The notes beneath the pieces were generated by a model that worked only from the letters and a program-made list of their open reading frames with translations, did no database searches and was not told the origin of the DNA. 64,000 bases of DNA, from assembly GCA_051362555.1 (NCBI GenBank), contig CM120643.1:2480001-2544000 (forward strand), written 5' to 3'. The DNA comes from Lingula anatina. Its lineage: Eukaryota; Animalia; Brachiopoda. This document shows positions 46,404-64,000 of this stretch, piece by piece. Numbering within the stretch: the first letter of the stretch is position 1; each line of letters opens with the position of its first letter. Made by a program: the position numbers and the translations under genes.

Positions 46404-48558
46404 ATGGAACATTCACTCTGCCAGAAATTAATTTAGTAACAGCAGTGCAATAACATGACAGACAGTCAGACAGCGTGCGCCATGGAAAGTCGTATGTATT
46501 ACTTTTAATTCCATGTTTATTTATTTATTTATCTAATTTTTTTAACAAAGGAATATTACGTGTTTACATTGACCCAACAAACGATCACATTAAAAAAATA
46601 TTACCAAGATGTTGTCGTGTGTCTGTCGATCGTTATACGTTATGCGTGTGGTGAGAATTAATGTTCGTGCGCGTGCTTTTGCTTGTGTAGGCCTATAGCT
46701 GCATATATGAAGACGGGTTCGTGTGTGTCCTTAATTAAGTGCACGGGTGTGTTTGAGAGAGAGAGAGAGAGATGGAGAGAGAGAGAGCACACTCGAAAAT
46801 CTAGTTCACAAAACTACAGGTTTATAGACATTGAGGCAGGTAACTTTGCCCCTCCCCCCCTCCCCGTGCTTTAAAAATCGCACGTACGTCCCACTTGTGA
46901 ATTCATTGTGAATTCCGTGCGAGGGGAGCACACACACCACCAGAACTGAACAAACTGGAGTGAATTATATCAGACGGAGTTAGATACTACACTTTGTTAT
47001 TATATCTATTCCAGAGAACCCCAGACGCTCAGGAATCATCGCATACAGAGATGTGGGCACAGATATGACCAGGACTGGAGGTAGATATGGAGAGGTGTTA
47101 GCCTATTGATTTATATTTATGATGGATGTAGTGATTTTCTTCTGTTAATCCATATTAATTTATTATTTATCCAGTGTTTAGTTATCAAGATTTAAAAAAA
47201 AACACCAGCCCTCACACTATCTGCCCCGTTTTTGTTATCAACAGTCCTTCAACTTAAAAAATACGAACGTTTTTCACACAGTTGTATTATACTTCCAGGA
47301 CCCACAAGACTGAATGGAAGACTAATAGCTACAATGGATGTCGGCACACAGACAGATGACTGTAAGTGTCAAATTATGGTCCCTTTTTTAAATATAAGAA
47401 TGTGCACACTTTCCCTATCTCTCCCCCTTTCTCCATTACTCACTGAGTCATGTCAGTTTCAGGGAATTCTGGACATGGGGGTCAGTCTGACCAAGCAGTC
47501 CACCCAAGACATTGTAACAGAGGCGAGACACCCTGTGGCGACCCGCGTCCCATGTGACCCCACTGACCAGTGTGACCAGTGTGACCATAGACTGGACACT
47601 GACAACACCAGGAAGATATAGAGAGCACCTGCTGTCTTTATATTGCCATAGCAAACAACTCGATTATATAGAAACAGCTTCTAAACAGTGCATTGTAATT
47701 ATAACAAAAAGATAGTGTAATTTATTATTCTTAATTATTAGCTAACAATATCTAAGACATTCTGGATTCAAGCTGCTATTGGAAAGTGATTCATGCATCA
47801 TTGTTTTTTTTTTTTTTTTTTTTTTTGACGTGTACCAAACTGTTGATAAAATTTCGGTCATATTGTTGACCTAAGCAACTTCATGTTTTGCCAGTGCGTG
47901 ATTCTTTCGTCAAAACTTCTTTAGGAAAATGTGCAAGGGCTGCACATTTAGATAAATAGTATTTCTACAGGACGTCTCCTAGTAATTAAAAATAGCTTAA
48001 TAATGTCTCTAGCATAATTAACCAGCAAAGAATATGTAACTTTATTGGTTTTTAATAAATAATTTAATAAAATCTAGTACGCTCATGCCAAATTTGCCCA
48101 AAAGTTGTCAATAACCCAAAAGCCGTTTTTAGGCATTTTTGTTTGAATTTATGTTTCATTAATTTATTAATATTTTACATTAAATTTAATTTTTTTTTTG
48201 GGGGGGGGGTTGGGGGGGGGTAGATTATTTGTCATGTTTAGTAGCTACTAGCTAAAAGATGAAGCCCTCTTCCAAGGTTGTTCTTGACAATTGACGTTTG
48301 CTTAACATGTAATTTCAATACTAGATTCATGTTGGTTTTCCTGAGGGAAATGAGACGTCTTTGCGAAAAAAAACGCAATTTTTCAGACCTTTGGTAGGAA
48401 AAACTATTCAAATCTCAGCAGACACGCATCACGTTAGATTTCGAAATGATACCTGTTTTCTACATCTTTGCTGTAAATCTATTGTTCGTTCAGAAAGGAA
48501 GTAAAACGCTTCCAACATCAGTCTTTTGCAAAAGTTTGTAAAATTCCACCTCCCTTCT

Positions 48559-51500
48559 TTAAAATGCAGCACTTAATTGCAATCCACCGTCTACCGCCAC
48601 TATGGCACCCGTCATAAACCGCGCGCTGTCTGAAGCAACGGCGACTATGATCTCACTTATATCATCTGGCTTGCCATATCTTCCTATGGGGTGAACTGCC
48701 TGTAGCTGCCCCGTTAGCTTAGAGAAAATGAAAAAGAAGAATTTCGTTATTAAAGATGGCGTGATGAAAATAAAGATTATTAATAATATTTTTATTAATG
48801 TGACAGGTGTTTCACAAATAGACAACAAAAATACAGTACAAAAACACCAAGGCACAAATATATGTCACACAGATAAATGGATTAATTAATTAGCGTTAGT
48901 CCACTGCCAGTAATACGAAACAAAAGTGAAAGGCACGCTGAACGCTTTAACTTGTTCTTTCCAGTGAGTTACCACTAGAAAAATTTCAATATTCTTTCGA
49001 TTTATATTTTTCTAAAATATCTAAATATTGTAGAGGTAATAACATCGACTTTTTTGCTTTTGTTTCAGTTTATCGTAATTTTGTTTAAATCCCACATTAA
49101 GGGAAGCCTCTGCTAAGCCACTTTGAAGTAACAACAGACAGACAAAGTATTTAAGACAACAGAAATTATTAAAGATCAACTTGGCAATAAGAATTTTCCT
49201 TTTACTCTGCAAAACGTTTCAAAGGAGACTTTACAAAGAAAAAAGTCGCGGTGTCCTTACTGCTTTAATGGTCTCCGGGTCGACCCCTGCGTTAGGTAGG
49301 ATGTCTGTGTCCACGTAGCCAGGACTGAAAAACAGAAAACTATACTATATATTCTCTGCTACTATAATTCTCTACTTTACCATATATAATAATTATCTAC
49401 TACTATATAATCTCTACTATACTAAATATTCTCTGCGAGAGGCCAGTTGGATAAACAAAATTTATCGCTGGACAGTACGGAAATTGCATAGAATTAACAG
49501 TTGCGGATTTAGGCCGTCTTCTGGGTCTTCCGGAAAACGGTCAGATTTTCAAGTTTACATTGACGGGTATCTAATTTTTTCTGTCAGAAGACGGTCAAAA
49601 TGGTGGATGGAACAACAAAGACAATTTGGAAGACTGTCAGAAAATATTTAGTCAGAAAAATATCTGTGGCTATCTAATGAACTAAATTAACCAGTGGTCC
49701 CGGTAGAGGGCAGTCAGTCACAAGACGGTCTGTTTAAATTCGTCACTGCACTGAGCTTCAGTAATGACTACATATGATTAAACGATATATACAAAGTAGA
49801 AATGGTATGTTTATGACGTTAATAAACACACTGGATATGATCAATAGTGAATGAAATATGTACAAATAATAAAGCCTTTACCTGATGCAGTTGACACGCA
49901 CTTGTTTGGGGCCCAAATCTATGGACGGGAAAAATAAACACTATACTACACACTTTCAAGTACAAGTAGAGCTGTAACAGCCCTGGTCTACTAAACCGAT
50001 TTAGTTACCCTCAATGGGTTAATTTAGAAAGTTAAAAATTGCGCGAAATGCGCACAGAATTAGCCAGAAAAATATCTGTGACTACCTAATCAAACAAATC
50101 TAAATTTATATTCAATATACGCTGCCTTTCGTACGGCATTAGGATGTGTAAATATGCTACATAACATAGTAACAACAGAGTAATGGTATACACCTCTTTT
50201 CAGCAAGGAGTTTTAACACTCCTTGTTTTCAGAAAGGTGCTAAATTTGAAGAATTATTTTTAAAAAGAAGACGTCCACTCACGCAGGGCTGCAGACTTTG
50301 TGAAATGTTCCAGTGCTGCCTTGGAAGTACCGTAAGTAAACCTCATGCTTCCCTGAAACAGGAAAACGTTATCCTTATGAAAAAAAAAAGAATTAAAAAA
50401 AAAAGAAAACTAAATTTCTCATCAACCTCTGGCTCCAGTAAAAATACCCTATTAAATATTCTATGATGCCGAGAGATAGGTTCTAACATAATGGGAGTGA
50501 CAATATAGCTTAAGATGTAGGCCTATCTGTAAACTAAAGTTTTCCGACGCCCATTGGAAAATTTTAATTTTAAAAGGTCTTAAAAGGTCTTTAAAGCGAG
50601 CTGAAGAACACAAAAATTTGGCAAAAACCGGGTCGTTGTTGAAGATCTGGGGTTCAATGGTCAGCAGCACTTATTTTTACAGTTCATTAAATGTACTTTA
50701 TGCATGAATTTGAAATAACATTTAAGATAATAATGATAATAATAATAATAAGATTATAATAATAATAACGACAGTAGAGAGAAAAATCTTACTGGCACGG
50801 CGGCGGCTGTGCTCGAAACATTCACTACATTTCCTGGGAAAGAAGAGAGAAAGTAATTTCAATTTTTTTCCGGTAATGTTTTGTACCTGAATTGCCAATT
50901 GAATTCAACTATCGGACGAAGTGCAAATTTGCGTGGCGTGCATGATAACTTACATTATGTAATGGAGGAAGACACATCATTTAATGATAAATAACAAAAT
51001 TATATCAATTCATTTTAATGAATTTATTAACATAATTAAACCTCACCGCAAGTTCAGACAGGAGCTAGACTTGCAGAAAACATGGATATACAAATCGTCC
51101 GTGAAAACTAAATCACTCATCTTTCAATATTAGCCTACCTCAGTAAAATACACATTTTCATGCACATGCACAAACAGACATGCGAAATCACGCGCGTGCA
51201 CACGCACAAACACACAAAGCACACGAACACTTTACCTTTAGTAGCCACAAGATACGGAACAGCGAGGTGAGTAAGATACACAGCCGCACGGAAATTAATA
51301 TTCATAACACGGTCAAAGTTGTCCATGTCCAGATTTTCTATAGTATCCATCAAGAATACCCCGGCATTGTTGACCTAAGCAGAAATAACGTTCTGACACC
51401 AATGTAACTATAACGTTGAAGAAGTTTTTTATGTGCCTGGGATCTCTTTAGAAGTCATAATTAATCCACGCCCTACTACATACATTGTTGGCAGGGTAAT

Positions 51501-52027
51501 CTAGACTGGCCTTTATTTTTTGACAGATATTTCAATTGTTTTAAAAAATCAAAGAAGTAGAGGCCCATGTGACACAATTGAGAAATCAAAGGAATAAATA
51601 TCTCAAAGCTACTATGTTAAAATAAAATAGAAATATTATGAAGGCTGTTCATATATTAAGTTTCTATTCAAGTAGAATAAGTGAATATTTACCAAAATGT
51701 CTAACTGATTAAACTTTTCGATAGTTTTTTCTAAGATATCTGATGCAATTTCTTCCTGGGATATATCTCCTGGCACAACAAACACCTGAAATTATATATA
51801 TAGATATTTTGAATATTACAATTCACTATGTATTTTCCTCTTCCTGAACCAACCAAATTCTTCGTCTTTAAGCAGAGTACGTGTGCATGTCAGCCGCATG
51901 TGAATGCAAGTTGCGTCTGCATTTCTGTCTGAGTGAATGTACTTGTAAGTGTGTGTTTTTTTTATAATGAGAGAGAGAGAGACCATTGCACTGCCTGAGT
52001 GTTTGTACTTGTGCGCGGGTGTGTTTT

Positions 52028-52065
<38 letters not shown>

Positions 52066-52629
52066 ATTTCACTGTTCAGACCAGTTTCCCTGCATTTCGT
52101 GGCGGTTTCTTCCAGTTTCTCCACGTTTCGTCCACTGAGTGCCAGACGACATCCGTGTTTAGCGAACTGCACCGCCACCGCGGCTCCTATCCCGCCACTC
52201 GCGCCTGGAATGTTTTAATTTAAAAAAAAACATCCGAAGAGCGACTGGTACAAACCATTGCAAACACTGTAAAATTCTTTCTTCGTCGAGAACGACGTCC
52301 GTCTCCCGTTACCTTGCACAGGCAGTCTTATATATATTTATGTATATCTTACTGGTACAGGTGAAAATCACCCCATATGGTGACACTGTACTTTTGACTA
52401 TCTCCTCCATGTACTTATCATTTGGGTCCCCGAACTTCCAATGCTAAGGCAACTGTTGAACATGTACCTACCACTTCTCTCACACCGGTCGATGGGTTCA
52501 CAGGACCGAAGTTTTAATTGTGGTTAAGCACACTACTTTTCATTTTGAAAACCTAGGATATAAAAGCAGCTATAGAATATTCAAAATCATACCTGTTATA
52601 AGAACCACCTTGTCTCGTAGACCGGCCAT
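48559..52629 (-). CDS. Classical SDR, copy C (9 exons, same structure as copy A)
   Basis: ATG at 52629; TGASGGIG, VNNAG, YGTSKAAL, VRVNCISPGYVDT, HPIGRYGKPDDI, VDGGLQLSAAF*. Splice sites are conserved with copy A. Confidence 0.93.
49498..49748. mobile_element. MITE related to 60264-60431
   Basis: Shares AGGCCGTCTTCTGGGTCTTCC...ACGGTCAGATTTTCAAGTTTACATTGACG; degenerate CAG...CTG TIRs; absent from the copy A intron. Confidence 0.7.
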
Positions 52630-54078
52630 AGTTTTATCTGCAGGGCAGAAGTGCGCGTCATAACAGTCAAAAGTTATCGCCAAATAAACAGTGTTATCTA
52701 ACCATCTGTGTTCTAATTTGTCGGGGGCATATAAAATTCATAAGCGTTTTCGGTAATTTCACTAAATGTGTGTGTGTTTATGGTTCCTAGTTCTTCATTA
52801 AACTTTGTGTAAAGTCTAAAGAGGTAAAGTCATCTTGTTTGTTAATCTGATTATACGAAGATCAGTTCAAGAATCCTTTGCCTTGGTGTGAGATTTTAAA
52901 AAGAGCGGGATTCCCTACAAATCGGCAATGTACTGAGCAAGCATGTTATTGTTAGTAATTTTCATGCATTGCTAAATTTGCGCGATTCTTACATAATGTG
53001 AATTAAGTCGTTTTGTTCCATTGATCGACCTATATTGGAAGATCCTAGAATGATTAATGCCTTCCGCGCATTTGGCAAATATATTTCATAAGCATCAACC
53101 AAACTTTTTAAAAGTCAGTAGGGCCTAAACAAAGCATACCCCCCCCCCCCCCAAGTTTGCTACAACAAGGCGACAGCATCTTTGTAAAGTGGAAAGATTG
53201 AACCGTTACATATACTTTCTTAAAGACAACACGACTGAGATGCGTTAGTTGCGATTTGCGTCACCTTGGCACACCTCACCAGCACATTCATCTTGTACTG
53301 GGTAATACTCTGTGTAGTCGGTGCACAGTAATTCTCCATTTCATGAAAAATGGCGCTTGGAAGAAGGCGTCATTCAAGTTTTCCGTAATTTTCCTGAATT
53401 GTGCGGAAACCTGCAAGCATATATGGTATGTTCTCTGTCGTGCAGAAACATGAATATATAGGGATTATTGAGCAATCGCGTGATTTGCGATCGGCTTGCT
53501 ACTTTGACTTCTATAAGTATTTTAATAACACGTGTGTTTGTTTTTGTTTTGAAAAGTGCAGATCAACGTAAGCTTATGGAACAGTGGTTGGCAAAGAGGC
53601 TCAGGAATATCAGATAAGATCTGATGTTGCTTAATAAGGATCAGTTTATAGTAGAAATGTTGTTGCAGTTGTGAGTGTACAGAAAACTGCAGTTCGGCTG
53701 CAGTTGAACGTGGCAATGTTACTTTTATATACCGTTCTTATGCTATGGCACAGACTTCATTCTCACTAGTAGAAAAGATCGGCAATACAATTCAGCATGT
53801 ATCTCTTCTCCCAGAGTTACAGATTCTCTACATTTTTTATTATCAGTTAAATATGTGCAATGATAAACCATTGATAGCTGATATAAGAATTATTACTCTA
53901 CCATATAATAGAATAATATTTGCACAATTTGTCACAAATGATGAGATTAACATTTATGTCAAACAATAATTAAATGGAATAAAAAGCTAAATAATTTTGA
54001 TTAAAGAGACTGCTAAAGCATTTTGAAAATATATTATTCATTTCAGGAAATGAGTGCATTGAACGGTGCAATGTCAAA

Positions 54079-62549
<8,471 letters not shown>

Positions 62550-64000
62550 TGAAATCTGTCCAAGAGTCGACTGAAATGACTGAATCACTGCTATCACACT
62601 GACCAAAAGAAAAAGAAACGGCTGAGATGATCCATGATATCCAGGTTGTTAAAAGGTGAAGGTCATTGATGCAGTGGTACCACTGGGACAGGGTACAACA
62701 ACACAGGGAAAGGTAGACTCAGCTACAGAAATTCTGAGACAATAAAAGAAGCTGATCAAGCTATGCGTGATGATAAGAGTGGATTATAGCGCCCATGAAA
62801 GTGAGTGAATTGGTAGCTTTTTATTGCACAGCTGAAAACTGGTGTTAATGTCTGAATAGCAGGTGACATAGCACATGACATCTTGTTAGCACAGCAGAGA
62901 AAGAATTCCTGGAGTGGCTTCTTAAGTATTAATTAACTGAGAAATGAAGCTTGAACAGCAGAAGACAAAAGAAAAAGATGAATATAACTAACATGACTGA
63001 AAATGGAGAAATAAGAAAGGCTACAATAGAAGAGAAAATGGCTTACTTTTTTCTAAGCTGTGCCCATGTTTTAAGCTGTGTGTGCCTGTAGATAGCTGGG
63101 GTTTGTTAAGTTTTACCTCTCACCCATGAGACTTGATTACAAGAGTTTCAAGAATTAACAAGAGCAGTTGGTATTCTGCTTAAATATTAATACTAGAGAA
63201 ATAACAAGCTCAAAAACATTCTCACCTCATTTCTCTGTGGCAACTCCTCTGTGTCTGATTCCAGTAAGAATGGAGAATTAATGAAGTCAAGGCAGAAGAT
63301 CTGTAGGTACACTAACGAGAAAACTACTTTTCTGCCTATGTCTGCATATGTGTCAGCTTTGCTGTCTAGTTTCTAGTCTCATTCAGTGCATGAAACAAGG
63401 GAATGTTCATATATTCAAGGATTTCTTTATTTTTCAAAGAATTTTTCTAAATCATGATTAAGGCTTCTCAAGATGAAAAAAAAGCATACATCCCTATGGT
63501 TGAGAATTGGTGACTTTATAGAGAATAGTTGTTCAGGTTATTTTAGAGTCGTTTATGAAACAAAAGAACATTAAAGGTATCCATTTATAAACAGTTGGTT
63601 TGATATTCCACTTAAGCTGAAAAAAATAGAAATTTGAATTGTAAACTTGAGTCAGTGTATACACATTTACTGACATTGCATTCTCCCCCATACTTATCAT
63701 TCAAGTATTAACTTTGGTCTTCAGGTGTTGGATTATTTTTGCTATTGATGAATGATGAGTTGATATCAAGCCCCTATTCACACTGCAGTATACTCTCTAT
63801 TTCACATCAGTTTGAGAGGCTAACAACTTTATAGCCAGACTGTTATGTAAGAAAGACATCTAAAGAGAGGCTTTGCACTAGTTGCGTCCAGATAAGCAGC
63901 TTCATAATTAAGATTGGTCTTAACGTTTGGAAGAGAATTTAGAAAAGGCAAAAAAAAAAAAAAAAACAGTAGTGTTTTTACACGAATTTGAAAGGAACAG

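Noticed and set aside
46404-48254. Search for a 5' LTR matching 38432-38712
   Set aside because: No matching sequence seen, so no LTR pair, TSD or insertion age can be claimed.

Overview
AT-rich, intron-containing animal genomic DNA, probably an invertebrate (mollusc-like repeat and gene content; the species cannot be determined from the sequence). Host genes: a TRIM (RING/B-box/coiled-coil/NHL-like) gene running off the left edge, a TIR-only ORF, a tandemly duplicated tRNA-Val(CAC)/tRNA-Asn(GTT) unit, AHCY (9 exons, -) head-to-head with V-ATPase subunit d (ATP6V0D1, 7 exons, +), a tandem short-chain dehydrogenase (SDR) array (two complete copies and one remnant) and PCIF1/CAPAM (+). Mobile DNA: nested LINE fragments, a Rex/Babar-like LINE and several MITE families with readable TSDs (TTAA, 5 bp, 8 bp), one carrying a RecQ helicase motif-I remnant. 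The most notable object is a Ty3/Gypsy LTR retrotransposon (38.4-46.3 kb, -). Its intact Pol ends in a PHD finger with H3K4me3-reader-type residues where chromoviruses carry a chromodomain. Its Gag begins with a ComEA-like helix-hairpin-helix motif, it has a classic GGGAAAC + hairpin -1 frameshift signal, and a 176-bp nested perfect inverted repeat sits where the PBS/5' LTR should be. All calls come from reading and translating the sequence by hand; no database searches were run.
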